Part shown: piece by piece, positions 9,136 through 18,369 of the stretch | How the letters are laid out: each line of letters starts with the position of its first letter | Numbering within the stretch: the first letter of the stretch is position 1 | Virus record (IMG/VR): IMGVR_UViG_3300006754_000007 | DNA length: 64,000 nucleotides | Source: an uncultured virus (IMG/VR IMGVR_UViG_3300006754_000007) | Lineage: Duplodnaviria; Heunggongvirae; Uroviricota; Caudoviricetes | Strand: one strand, 5' to 3' | The notes under the pieces: generated by a model | Databases searched by the model: none | The model's input: only the letters and a program-made list of their open reading frames with translations | What the model was told of the DNA's origin: nothing | Position numbers and translations under genes: made by a program

Positions 9136-10186
9136 CTCACACCCCTTGCGAGTGAAGTTCGGCATCGACCCCACAAGGGATCGGCTGCACCTGGGCCATT
9201 TCGTCCCTCTCCGTGTTGCCCGCAAGATGCAGGAGCAAGGCCACGACCTGCACCTCATCCTTGGCACCATCACGGCTGCACTCGGTGACCCGTCCGGTCA
9301 GGACAAGACCCGTCCCATTCTCTCGGAAGAGGAAGTTCGGTCGAACGCCGACTCTCTGCTGAAGCAGGTGGAGCGAGTGCTGCTTCCCGGATTCCAGGTT
9401 CACCGGAACCACGAGTTTGTAGAGGCCCTGAGCGTTCCGTTCTTCCTGACACGGCTCGCCAGCAAGGTGACCGTAACGAACATGCTGTCCCGTGATGGCT
9501 TCCGTCGCCGTAACGAAGCGGGCCAAGCCATCGCGCTCCACGAGTTGCTGGTGCCCCTGCTTCAAGGCTGGGATTCAGTTCAGGTCCAGGCTGAGGTGGA
9601 GATTGGCGGTACGGACCAGTTGTTCAACTTCCAGGTAGCCCGTCAGCTTCAAGAGTCCGAGGGTCAGGCTCCTCAGGATTGCGTGATGACCCCTGTGATT
9701 CGGGGCACTGACGGACGCAAAATGAGCAAGAGCTTCGACAACGCCATCTGGCTGGACGAGGCTCCCGAGCAGATGTTCGGCAAGATCATGTCCATCTCTG
9801 ATGAAGTGTCCGAGGAATGGGCCGGACTGCTGACCTCCATCACGGAGTTCCCGGCCCACCCCATGGAGCACAAAAAGATGCTGGCGTGGGACATTGTGCG
9901 CCAGCTTCGCGGTGCTGCCGCAGCCGACAAGGCCCAGGCCCACTTTGAAGCCTCCGTACAGCGCCAGGAGCGGCCCTCAGACATGCCGCAGGTAGCCCAG
10001 GCCCCTCTGGTATCGCTGGTCGCAGAAGTACGGGGAGAAAGCCGCTCAAAGGCTCGTAAGCTCATTCAGGGCGGTGGTGTCAGGATTGATGGCGAGAAGC
10101 ATCTTGATGTTGAGGGTGTCCCGGCCCTTGGCTCTGTAGTACGGGTCGGTAAGCGCGTCTTTGTGAGGGTGGGAGAACCCTCGTGA
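9062..10186 (+). CDS. tyrS: Tyrosyl-tRNA synthetase
   Basis: VKFGIDPT, HLGH, GDPSG, GGTDQLFN, KMSKS, C-terminal S4-like ARKLIQGGGVRIDG; start uncertain. Confidence 0.93.
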   Translation: MRAQKTLFGGWFIFPPTATERISRSSHPLRVKFGIDPTRDRLHLGHFVPLRVARKMQEQGHDLHLILGTITAALGDPSGQDKTRPILSEEEVRSNADSLLKQVERVLLPGFQVHRNHEFVEALSVPFFLTRLASKVTVTNMLSRDGFRRRNEAGQAIALHELLVPLLQGWDSVQVQAEVEIGGTDQLFNFQVARQLQESEGQAPQDCVMTPVIRGTDGRKMSKSFDNAIWLDEAPEQMFGKIMSISDEVSEEWAGLLTSITEFPAHPMEHKKMLAWDIVRQLRGAAAADKAQAHFEASVQRQERPSDMPQVAQAPLVSLVAEVRGESRSKARKLIQGGGVRIDGEKHLDVEGVPALGSVVRVGKRVFVRVGEPS

Positions 10187-10196
10187 ACTGTCAGAG

Positions 10197-10222
10197 GGTT
10201 CCCCTTTGTGCGTCTTACCGTA
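10197..10222 (+). promoter_or_regulatory. Class I motif GGTTCC-N16-CGTA
   Basis: Exact match upstream of 10264. Confidence 0.7.
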
Positions 10223-10263
10223 GAGCGTTCTGAACCCGCGCTGCTCGCAGCTAAGGAGTACCC

Positions 10264-10632
10264 ATGCTCAATGTCGTTTACATCATGCGCCGTGGTGAGA
10301 ACCATGAGGGTGGAAGCATCTTAGGCATCTTCGGGGACGAGGGTACAGCCTTGAGTGCGGTCGAAGACCTCATCGCGCTGAACGCCGTGGAGGTTTCAGA
10401 ATCCTACCAGGACCGTCTGGTTCGTGAGCAAGAGGTCGCCCAAGAGTTGGGGTTCGCCTTCAACCGCAAGGAGTTCGATAAGGACATTCGAGGTCTACTG
10501 TGGAGTCCGGTTGAGAACCACTCGATCCGCAGGGATTGGGAAGGCAAGCCCAAGGGACTCACCTACAGGGGCTGGCTTCGGGATGCCGAGTGGCTCGTTA
10601 TCGAGGCTCACGAGGTACAGAGTGGCGATTAG
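10264..10632 (+). CDS. Hypothetical protein
   Basis: TAAGGAG RBS. Confidence 0.7.
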   Translation: MLNVVYIMRRGENHEGGSILGIFGDEGTALSAVEDLIALNAVEVSESYQDRLVREQEVAQELGFAFNRKEFDKDIRGLLWSPVENHSIRRDWEGKPKGLTYRGWLRDAEWLVIEAHEVQSGD

Positions 10633-10635
10633 GGG

Positions 10636-10661
10636 GGTTCCCTGTCTGGGGGTAGCCCGTA
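10636..10661 (+). promoter_or_regulatory. Class I motif GGTTCC-N16-CGTA
   Basis: Exact match upstream of 10680. Confidence 0.7.
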
Positions 10662-10679
10662 TGGAGTGTGGAGGTGCCC

Positions 10680-10859
10680 ATGGCACAACGAGGAAAAGCA
10701 AAGCTCTTCGGCAAAGCCCGGAAAGACGTTGATGGTGACGGGGGAACCTTTCACCGAGGTCATGGCGGTGCGCGGAAGAGAAAGGTCAAGAGAGCGAAGA
10801 GAGCAATCGAAACGAGAGTTCGCCAAGCCAGCCGAAAACTGTGCATTGAAGGAGAGTGA
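10680..10859 (+). CDS. Small basic protein
   Basis: GGAGG RBS; K/R-rich. Confidence 0.6.
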   Translation: MAQRGKAKLFGKARKDVDGDGGTFHRGHGGARKRKVKRAKRAIETRVRQASRKLCIEGE

Positions 10860-12346
10860 TGTCCAAGTCGTCTGAAAGCACCTACGCAGGGGATTCGCCA
10901 GGGAAGCGGGTGATGCGGGCACGAATGTGGCTTGCCATCAGCAACTGGATGAATGCTATCGGGTCCCCCTACTTGGGGTCGGTGGTCCTTGCGGGCCACG
11001 GTGGAGACCTTTGCACGATGCAAGGGTTGGGCTTTGACTTGAGCCGTGTGACTGGCGTGGACTACGACACAAACCTTGTGGGTGGTCCTGACATCGTTGA
11101 CCCCTACTGCCCCGGCCTCTACCCCGAGGCCCAATGGGTACGGGGCGATCTGGCTCAAGCCGTCTCAGCAGCAATGGCCCGTCGAGGGTCTGGCACCCCC
11201 CGTGGGTACAAGCTCGTCGCTCCTGGCTCCAACGTACAGGTTCAAACTGGTGTTTCGGCCTACGAAAACTTCAAGAAACGGACGCGGCAACACAGCACCA
11301 TCTTTCAGATCAAGCGGCCCATGAAGTTCCTCTATAACTCGGGCCACATCGACTTCTGCAACGGCATCGACGCTGTGTCCCCCATGCCCATCCTGGACAG
11401 CAACGGAGACAAGTTCCGGGTCCCCAACATAATGACCATCGGCCAAACCATTTTAGGAGCAGCTTCCTACCCCGCTATATTCGGCATTACCTGCTTGAAG
11501 GGGCGGGAGTTCAATCCCCGTTGGCCCAAGGACCTCATCGTTCCGAAGGTAGATCGCTGGAAGCGAAAGAAGCAGCAGGAGCTTTACCGCCAATGCGACA
11601 TGCAGATCGCTGCGGAGTGCCTCGTAAACGGCCCGGACCTGGACTTCCGACAACTCAATGAGTTGGCTGCACAGCGGATCAAGCGCCACTGGAAGCACCA
11701 AAAGGGGATGCTCAACTGCTTCCAACCCCTCAACCGAAACGGGAACCTTACCGCTCTTGGGAAAGCAATGGCCCGAGCCGAGGTCACTCGCCAGATTCTG
11801 GACGTGTACCTCTTCGGCACCAACCTTGAATGTACGGTGTTGAATGTCTGGGGTTACCAAAGCGGAACGAAAGAGAAGAGCGGCGTTCCCCTTTGCACCT
11901 TCCTGTTGGCAGTTGGCCCCACAGCCATCCCCCATAAGAACCAGATCGGCACACGGGACCTGTGCGTTAGGGCAGCTATTCACCAGCCTATGCTGTGGGG
12001 CCACCACAACATGACGCTGGAGTGGGGCGTGGATGCGTTGAAGTTCTACGCCCTGGACCTGTGCCGCCACTTCCCTGTGGACCGCGTGGCTGAGATCCTG
12101 GAAATGGGCCACGCCAAGATGCAGATCGCCGCTTGGAAGGCCCACGACACTATGGGCACCTACCTCTCTGACCGTCGGGAAGCGCAGCGGAACGGCTTCG
12201 GCTTCGTTCTTGCTCACACTTCCCAGCACGAGCGACATCGCTACGGTTGGGGTGACACCTACATCGCAGAGCGCACTAACAGCGATGGAGACCGGGAACT
12301 GGTGCAGATCCCACTCCTTGACCGGGGCAGGGGAGGCATCGAATGA
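10856..12346 (+). CDS. Large hypothetical protein, possibly SAM-dependent methyltransferase-like fold
   Basis: VVLAGHGGD..VTGVDYD..WVRGDL..YNSGHIDFC; fold call is weak. Confidence 0.6.
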   Translation: MMSKSSESTYAGDSPGKRVMRARMWLAISNWMNAIGSPYLGSVVLAGHGGDLCTMQGLGFDLSRVTGVDYDTNLVGGPDIVDPYCPGLYPEAQWVRGDLAQAVSAAMARRGSGTPRGYKLVAPGSNVQVQTGVSAYENFKKRTRQHSTIFQIKRPMKFLYNSGHIDFCNGIDAVSPMPILDSNGDKFRVPNIMTIGQTILGAASYPAIFGITCLKGREFNPRWPKDLIVPKVDRWKRKKQQELYRQCDMQIAAECLVNGPDLDFRQLNELAAQRIKRHWKHQKGMLNCFQPLNRNGNLTALGKAMARAEVTRQILDVYLFGTNLECTVLNVWGYQSGTKEKSGVPLCTFLLAVGPTAIPHKNQIGTRDLCVRAAIHQPMLWGHHNMTLEWGVDALKFYALDLCRHFPVDRVAEILEMGHAKMQIAAWKAHDTMGTYLSDRREAQRNGFGFVLAHTSQHERHRYGWGDTYIAERTNSDGDRELVQIPLLDRGRGGIE

Positions 12347-12528
12347 AGCAGCACCTCACCGCACTCTTGCACCGCACCCGGTGCGAGCGCCATGTTCTGC
12401 TCCCTGTGCTGGACAAGCTCACCGACCGGGAACAAGAAGCCCTCTGGCGATTGCTCCAGAACGTCGAGTCGGACGCACGAACGAAAGGCAAACGTGACGG
12501 AGCGTTTGAGTTCGCAAGGAAGTTCTAA
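12343..12528 (+). CDS. Small hypothetical protein
   Basis: Overlapping start/stop coupling on both sides. Confidence 0.6.
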   Translation: MKQHLTALLHRTRCERHVLLPVLDKLTDREQEALWRLLQNVESDARTKGKRDGAFEFARKF

Positions 12529-13301
12529 TGCCCAAAGCCAAGGACATCATCGAGGATTGGGTGGGCAATCTGGCTGGAGCGGTTCGCCAAGGAACTGAGG
12601 ACAGCGGGATGGAAGTGTTCGATTCCATCTTTGACGGGCGGTCCAACGATAAGCCCACAGGCTCCCAGGAAGCCGCACAGGCGGTAGCTGATGCTGTTCG
12701 TGCCCATACAGGCAGGCGTAAGAGTGTAGATGGGTGGAAGCCTGTCGCAGCGGCCTCGCTTGGCTTCAAGCGCCTGTCCAAGAAGCGATGGGAAGCTGTA
12801 CTGGAAGCTGGGGTCGCAGCGGGCATCCTTCAGGTTGACTCAGACTCCCTTTCCTACTCGGTCCTCGTTGCACTTGATCCTGAACCCGAGCCGGATTTCG
12901 AGGTTGAGGCCGTCGAGAAACCCCAACCCCGTAAGCGGGTAGTCAAAGATGATGATGTTCCCCCTTCCAGCGAGCCTCCTGCGGATTGGAATCCTCCGAG
13001 CCACCTGCCGTGCGGCCACCTGAACTGGAGGACCAAGGAGGAAAACGCCGCCGCGCAAGCCGATGGCAAGTGCTGTGCGAACAAGGGGACGGTGGCGTGG
13101 CATGTCCGAGGTCTTACCCATCCGGTGCCCCTCTCTCACCAACGGACAAAGGAAAAGGACCAAAACCACGGATGGCCGGGGTTGTGCTGCGACCCGGAAA
13201 CGGCTCTCTACATTGGGGGGCTGGCGAATAACTGCCTGCACTATCACGACGGCCCTGAAAGGTGCATTGTCCATCGCCGGAACACGGAAGATGATGGGTA
13301 G
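12528..13301 (+). CDS. Hypothetical protein with Cys/His-rich C-terminus
   Basis: LPCGH..KCC..LCC..NCLHYH..CIVH. Confidence 0.7.
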   Translation: MPKAKDIIEDWVGNLAGAVRQGTEDSGMEVFDSIFDGRSNDKPTGSQEAAQAVADAVRAHTGRRKSVDGWKPVAAASLGFKRLSKKRWEAVLEAGVAAGILQVDSDSLSYSVLVALDPEPEPDFEVEAVEKPQPRKRVVKDDDVPPSSEPPADWNPPSHLPCGHLNWRTKEENAAAQADGKCCANKGTVAWHVRGLTHPVPLSHQRTKEKDQNHGWPGLCCDPETALYIGGLANNCLHYHDGPERCIVHRRNTEDDG

Positions 13302-13327
13302 GGTGAGAGGAATCTCGGAAGGAAAAG

Positions 13328-13627
13328 ATGTCTATCCCTACCAGCTTCACGCTCCCCAAGGGGGCCGTACTCACGCTTACAACGGAAGACGGCACCCCCA
13401 TCACCTACCACGCTGGGCAAGAGGTCCAGGTTCAAGTGGCGTTGCCTGAAGAGATCGAGGCTGAGGTGCCGGAAGATCCTGTAGACGACTATGTGCTGGG
13501 GGCCGAAGCCTACGTTCTTCGATCCTTCCCAGAAGTAGTTCCCGATTGGGGCTACTCCGTAAGCACGGTTGGAACTGAAGCCACCTACAGCCCTTCTGGC
13601 GTAATCCTCTGGGACGATGAAAAGTAG
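13328..13627 (+). CDS. Acidic hypothetical protein
   Basis: ORF in operon context. Confidence 0.55.
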   Translation: MSIPTSFTLPKGAVLTLTTEDGTPITYHAGQEVQVQVALPEEIEAEVPEDPVDDYVLGAEAYVLRSFPEVVPDWGYSVSTVGTEATYSPSGVILWDDEK

Positions 13628-14057
13628 GCTGCGACTCAGGGAAATCGACCTGAAAGATCCCGAGCAAGGAGTTCTCCTTCTCCTGGCAGCCTTTCCAAGG
13701 GATGAGGCTGCCTGGGGTGACCTTCAACCCCTCCAAGGGACCTCCTGGCAGTACGGGGTGTCTGAGGTGTCAGCAGAAGCCTTCTCCCATGCCCTACACG
13801 GCTTCGCCACTCCCTTAGTGCGCCAGTTGGGTCGCCCACCCCTCTCATCTGCCAAGAAGGTCAGCCCGGAAGAAGGCTTTTGCGCTCTCCAAGCCGGTTG
13901 CATTGGCTTGGACTCGGTAAGGTGTCGGCCCTGCGACAAGACACCGGAATGTTACGAGGCACCTCTGGAGGGGTTCGTGTTCAGGCGTGTCGCTGAAGCA
14001 TGGAAAGAGCAGAGACACGTCGTTGTAGTTATCGGAAATGAGTTCGCTTTGACATAG
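13617..14057 (+). CDS. Hypothetical Cys-containing protein
   Basis: FCALQAGC..CRPC..PECY. Confidence 0.6.
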   Translation: MKSRLRLREIDLKDPEQGVLLLLAAFPRDEAAWGDLQPLQGTSWQYGVSEVSAEAFSHALHGFATPLVRQLGRPPLSSAKKVSPEEGFCALQAGCIGLDSVRCRPCDKTPECYEAPLEGFVFRRVAEAWKEQRHVVVVIGNEFALT

Positions 14058-14065
14058 GGGCAAGC

Positions 14066-14647
14066 ATGGCTGGAAGTCTGGAAGTGGTGGTGGGGTGCAT
14101 GTACTCCGGGAAGACCGAGGAGTTGGTCCGGCGTCTGACACGAGCGCAGATTGCGGGGCTGCGAGTAGGAGCCTTCAAGCCGAAGATGGACAACCGATAC
14201 TCGGAGGACAACCTGTGTACACATCTCGGGGCGACTTTTCCGGCCACACCCGTAACCAACATCAACGAGGTCAAGCTGGCAGCGAGGCGCTTTGATGTCA
14301 TCGGCATTGATGAGGTTCAGTTTATCGAGGGGGCCAGTCTGTGCGAGATTCTCGATGAACTGGCGAGCGAGGGGCAACGGGTCATCGTAGCGGGGCTTGA
14401 TTTGGACTACCAAGGTGTGCCTTTTGCGGAGGTGCCCGACCTCATGGCCCTCGCTGATTCAGTGACCAAGGTGACGGCGGTGTGCTGCATGTGTGGAAAT
14501 CCCGCTACCAGGACACAGCGTCTTGTGGAATCAGACCAGCGAGTCCTGGTGGGGTCCAAAGGAATGTACGAGGCCCGATGCCGAGAAGACTGGTCTTCCA
14601 CCCCCGGCTTCGCCAAAGAGGGTCTGGAACAAGTCTCGGAGGGGTAG
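14066..14647 (+). CDS. tdk: Thymidine kinase
   Basis: GCMYSGKTEEL, IGIDEVQF, VAGLDLD, CCMCG, YEARCR. Confidence 0.95.
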   Translation: MAGSLEVVVGCMYSGKTEELVRRLTRAQIAGLRVGAFKPKMDNRYSEDNLCTHLGATFPATPVTNINEVKLAARRFDVIGIDEVQFIEGASLCEILDELASEGQRVIVAGLDLDYQGVPFAEVPDLMALADSVTKVTAVCCMCGNPATRTQRLVESDQRVLVGSKGMYEARCREDWSSTPGFAKEGLEQVSEG

Positions 14648-14655
14648 ACTCTCCC

Positions 14656-15306
14656 ATGAGACTTATCCACCTGCTTCGGAAACCTGTATCTGAAGGCACA
14701 GTAGCCTCCAATGTGCTCAAGCATGGCGTAGGCGCGATCAACATCGAAGCCTCCAGGATTTCCACTCAGGACAGTCTCGATGGCGGTGCCTACGCCAAGA
14801 ACCCCACGCCTCGCGCTGACAGCTACGACATGTGGACCTCTGAGCGTAAGGGCGACTCCCAGGCGATGCGCCGAGGCTTCGCTGACTACGAGCAACCTGC
14901 GGGGCGATGGCCCGCCAACCTCATCCTCCAGCACCTCGATGGATGTCGGCGTGAGGGCACGAAGAAGGTTCGCAGCCCGATGAGAAGGCCAACGGGCAAG
15001 CCTATCTATGCCACCGAAGGGTCGGCTGTTGAATGGAACGCCAACAACGTGCGGGACACGACAGTACGGGGCCATGCCGGTGAAGACGGGAACGAAACTG
15101 TAGCTAACTGGGTCTGCAAGGCGGGGTGTCCCGTAAGGGTGCTGGACGAAGACGCGGGCATACGACCTTCCTGGGGGATCACTCATCAGCCCACGAGGAG
15201 TGGGTATGACTACCGCTCTGCTGAGGACGGTGGAACCCATGCTTACAGGGAACCTGACACTGGTGGTGCTTCTCGGTACTTCAAGCAGATTGGAGGGGAA
15301 GAGTGA
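14656..15306 (+). CDS. DNA N4/N6-methyltransferase, central segment only
   Basis: RKPVSEGTVASNVLKHGVGAINIEASRI, GRWPANLIL, CPVRVLDE, GGASRYF; lacks DPPY and FxGxG. Confidence 0.75.
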   Translation: MRLIHLLRKPVSEGTVASNVLKHGVGAINIEASRISTQDSLDGGAYAKNPTPRADSYDMWTSERKGDSQAMRRGFADYEQPAGRWPANLILQHLDGCRREGTKKVRSPMRRPTGKPIYATEGSAVEWNANNVRDTTVRGHAGEDGNETVANWVCKAGCPVRVLDEDAGIRPSWGITHQPTRSGYDYRSAEDGGTHAYREPDTGGASRYFKQIGGEE

Positions 15307-16088
15307 AGTCGCTACCTGCTGAAGCAGTCGCTTATCTACGCGCAATGATCTCTCCAGAGCACCTGGACGAGTGTGTCTCGCTGTACGTTTGTGACCCTGG
15401 TGATTTCCACTGGGCTGCCCATGCCGATGCTTCGGTTCACGCCTTGATCATCGAGGGTGACGGGAACGAAGAAGCATGGATGGCCGAGGCGTACCGCGTC
15501 CTCAAGCCAGGAGCGCACCTCCTGTTGGCCTCGCCTGAAGCAGAGCCAACCGGCCACACCGCAGCGTGCCAAGGGGAAGACATTGGCTTCGAGGTGAGGG
15601 ACTGCATCCTTCTCGCAGAAGCAGGGACTCCCTTGCACTACGTCCCGAAGCCATCCCGAGCAGAACGAGAGGCTGGATGTGGAACCTTGAGCGCGATTCA
15701 ACAGGACGCGAGCCGACACGCGGGCCAACCCTCCATGAATGACGGGGACGGCAATCCCTACAACCGGGGCGTTCAGAAGCGCCACAACTCCCATCCAACA
15801 GTGAAGCCGGTGGAGATCATGCGGAGGCTGCTCCTTGGGTTGCCCATGGGCGCTCCCGTCGTGGACCCGTTTTTGGGATCTGGTACGACCATGATTGCCT
15901 GCACTAAGACCGGGCATGACGGTATCGGAATCGAGCGGGAAGAAGCCTACCTGGAGATTGCAGAGAACCGCGTCAGCTACTGGAACGCAGAGAACCAGGG
16001 CTGGAACCGGGCAGTCGTTGAATCAGACCTCACAAAGGAACCGGACGCGGCCACCCAATCTCTTGAAGACTTCTTTGGGCTGGGGTGA
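15303..16088 (+). CDS. DNA N4/N6-methyltransferase, SAM-binding C-terminal segment with degenerate N-domain
   Basis: YVPKPSRAERE, HPTVKP, VVDPFLGSGTT, IGIERE; AYRVLKPG present but no DPPY. Confidence 0.8.
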   Translation: MKSLPAEAVAYLRAMISPEHLDECVSLYVCDPGDFHWAAHADASVHALIIEGDGNEEAWMAEAYRVLKPGAHLLLASPEAEPTGHTAACQGEDIGFEVRDCILLAEAGTPLHYVPKPSRAEREAGCGTLSAIQQDASRHAGQPSMNDGDGNPYNRGVQKRHNSHPTVKPVEIMRRLLLGLPMGAPVVDPFLGSGTTMIACTKTGHDGIGIEREEAYLEIAENRVSYWNAENQGWNRAVVESDLTKEPDAATQSLEDFFGLG

Positions 16089-16091
16089 GCA

Positions 16092-16835
16092 ATGGCTGAG
16101 CTAACACTGATTCGACACACCTTCACTTGCCGAACTTGCGGGTTCCAATGGCAAAGCAAGAGCCATCGAGCGTGCCGGGAATGCGGAGCACTCTGGGGGG
16201 ACACCCCTGCTCCAGCGGCTCCCGGCCCCTACATCGCCCTTAGGGACTCGCCCGGACGTGGGTTGGGGGTATACGCCACGGAGGACATCCCTTGTGCCAC
16301 CGTTATTGAACGGTGTCCGGCCTTTGTGTCCGTGACCAACATCAACGCCGGACCAAGCACCGAGGAGTTTCTGTCTGTCTTTACAGAGCCGTTTGCGCCT
16401 GGGGGGGACGGGGTGCCCACCGGGGAGTTCGTAGCATTTAGGCATTTAGTGGTGCCCTGGAGGCGGGATAACTTCAAGGCCGTCCTCTTAGGCTTTGGGA
16501 TGCTTTACAACCATTCAAGGGAAAACTGGAACACCGTTGCGTTGCCTTACGTCGATCCAAACACTCAGCGTCGGTACATGGACTTCGTTACTTGGCACCC
16601 GGTCCCCAAAGGGGAAGAGTTCTTAGTCAACTATGGGGAACAGTTGTGGTTCATCCCCAACAAGGAAGAGAAAAAGGAAAGGGAGCCGATGACTCCTGAA
16701 GAAGGAGTGGCGTTGCAGAAGGTTTTCGGGGAGCACGAGAAAGCCTGCATTGATGCAGGAGAGCTTGGCAACAAGGACCCAAACTTCTCAAAGCAAATGC
16801 TGGGGTGGGCAGCGGATGCGGAGAAGTCACCGTGA
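16092..16835 (+). CDS. SET-domain lysine methyltransferase with N-terminal Zn ribbon
   Basis: CRTC..CREC; SPGRGLGVYATEDI, GMLYNHS, KGEEFLVNYG. Confidence 0.85.
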   Translation: MAELTLIRHTFTCRTCGFQWQSKSHRACRECGALWGDTPAPAAPGPYIALRDSPGRGLGVYATEDIPCATVIERCPAFVSVTNINAGPSTEEFLSVFTEPFAPGGDGVPTGEFVAFRHLVVPWRRDNFKAVLLGFGMLYNHSRENWNTVALPYVDPNTQRRYMDFVTWHPVPKGEEFLVNYGEQLWFIPNKEEKKEREPMTPEEGVALQKVFGEHEKACIDAGELGNKDPNFSKQMLGWAADAEKSP

Positions 16836-17718
16836 GTCAAACCATCACTTTGAAGCACGGGGACTGCGTTGAAGTCCTTGGTGCGATGGAGGAATCGAGC
16901 GTAGGGAGTGTCATCTGTGACCCTCCCTACGGTTGAATGGCCTGGAGTTCATGGGAAAAGAGTGGGACAAGATCGGCAGCGGAAAGTCTTACGAGCACGG
17001 CGGCACCTTCACCAAGCCTGGAATCGGGGAACGCGAAATCGCGTGGCCCAGTTTCTCCAGCACCTCCAAGCACGGGACCACCAACCCGACTTGTGCAGAG
17101 TGCGGAGGACGCTTGCGTGGTGCAAAGAAGTGCGATTGCCCTAAGCCGCATGACCATTGGAAGCCGATGGGCAAACGGCGCAAGAGGCCCGAGGAGGACA
17201 CTCCCGAGCACATCACAGGCGGGGGAATGGGGGGCCATTTGGAGGCCATGCAGGCATGGCACGTTCGATGGCTGGAGGAGAGCTACCGCGTGCTTCAGCC
17301 CGGTGGCGTCGTCAAAGCCTTCTCCGGGACGCGGACCTTTCATCGCCTCGCGGCGGCTATGGAGACAGCAGGCTTCACTGACATCAGGCTTGAAGTCTGG
17401 ACTTACGGAAGCGGCTTTCCAAAGAGCTTGAACATCGGTCGTGCCATCGACAAAGCCGCGAGGGGATTCCCACAAGGTGGCTCAGACCCAGACAAGCGTG
17501 GGACCGGAGACCTTCCTGACCGTCTTGCTTTAGGGATGGGCGGGAAAGACGGCAGTGCTGTTACCGGGTTGACCTCTAAGTACGAGGAATACACCCTGAC
17601 GACCCCTGAAGCAGAGCAGTGGGAGGGATGGGGCACGGCACTCAAGCCGTCATGGGAACCTGTTTTGGTTGGCACGAAGCCCCCTGTGGATAACTCTGGG
17701 GATAATGGGGGGTCTTGA
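16832..17718 (+). CDS. DNA N4/N6-methyltransferase, catalytic N-terminal segment, interrupted after DPPYG (bypass candidate or pseudogene)
   Basis: GTG 16832: MSQTITLKHGDCVEVL..VICDPPYG, TGA 16934; resumes 8 nt on as GLEFMGKEWD..RVLQPGG..WTYGSGFPKS..WEGWGTALKPSWEP. Confidence 0.8.
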
Positions 17719-17745
17719 ATCCTTTGCTTATGCGTAGTTTCTCGT

Positions 17746-18294
17746 ATGGAGGCACAGATGAACGTCTTTGCGACCGATACTGACCCGATGGTGGCAGCTA
17801 CCCACCTGTCAGACCAACATGTCCGCTCTCAACTGGGCGAAACAGCACGCATTCTTTCCACGGCCCTGCACATGCAAGGACTTGGGGGCGGCCCGTTGCT
17901 GGAACAGCCCTACAAGCAAGAAGGTTGTGTGCCCCAGGACGGCTGCTGCAAGTTCCCGGCATGGGCTGCATCTTCTTGGGACAACTTCTTCTGGCTCGTG
18001 TTCTACGGCATGGCCCTGGTGGAAGAACACGAGTTCCGGTTCAGGGAGATCCATCCTGCGACCGCGTCGATTCTTGCCTGCGGAGGGATGGCTCGACTGA
18101 TCGTCCTTCAACGGCATCAAGAGATCCACGAGCCTTCGGTGTGGCCTCGCTGCGAAGCAGCGATGGGGTTCGAGGACCTGGATACACACAAGGCGTACCG
18201 AAATGTGCTTCGAGCGCAGTACGACGCCGGGGCAAAGAATGGTTCGCGTCCTACCTGGACTCGCTGTGACCCGCCATTCTGGCTGGCTGCCTGA
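17746..18294 (+). CDS. Pyrimidine-dimer DNA glycosylase/endonuclease V-like family protein
   Basis: MNVF..DP..AA..L.D.HV..Q..E..ILST..NFFWL..YG.AL.EE..FRF..H..WT..PFWL. Confidence 0.7.
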   Translation: MEAQMNVFATDTDPMVAATHLSDQHVRSQLGETARILSTALHMQGLGGGPLLEQPYKQEGCVPQDGCCKFPAWAASSWDNFFWLVFYGMALVEEHEFRFREIHPATASILACGGMARLIVLQRHQEIHEPSVWPRCEAAMGFEDLDTHKAYRNVLRAQYDAGAKNGSRPTWTRCDPPFWLAA

Positions 18295-18299
18295 TATGC

Positions 18300-18313
18300 G
18301 GTAGCGAGACTAT
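18300..18313 (+). promoter_or_regulatory. Class II motif GGTR-N6-CTAT
   Basis: GGTAGCGAGACTAT at the head of the 18370-21779 operon. Confidence 0.5.
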
Positions 18314-18369
18314 CCTCCACGCTCGTCGGAGGACTTTGTGTTGACCCGTCCTGTGCCCCCGGCTGCCTG

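Noticed and set aside
697..16835. Eukaryotic giant-virus origin, suggested by SLX1-like, Wss1-like and SET genes
   Set aside because: Shine-Dalgarno sites, coupled operons, a sigma factor, bacterial-type TyrRS and a CCA-encoding tRNA indicate a bacterial host
16934..16936. TGA reassignment (alternative genetic code)
   Set aside because: Readthrough alone does not restore the frame, and TGA, TAG and TAA all end genes cleanly elsewhere
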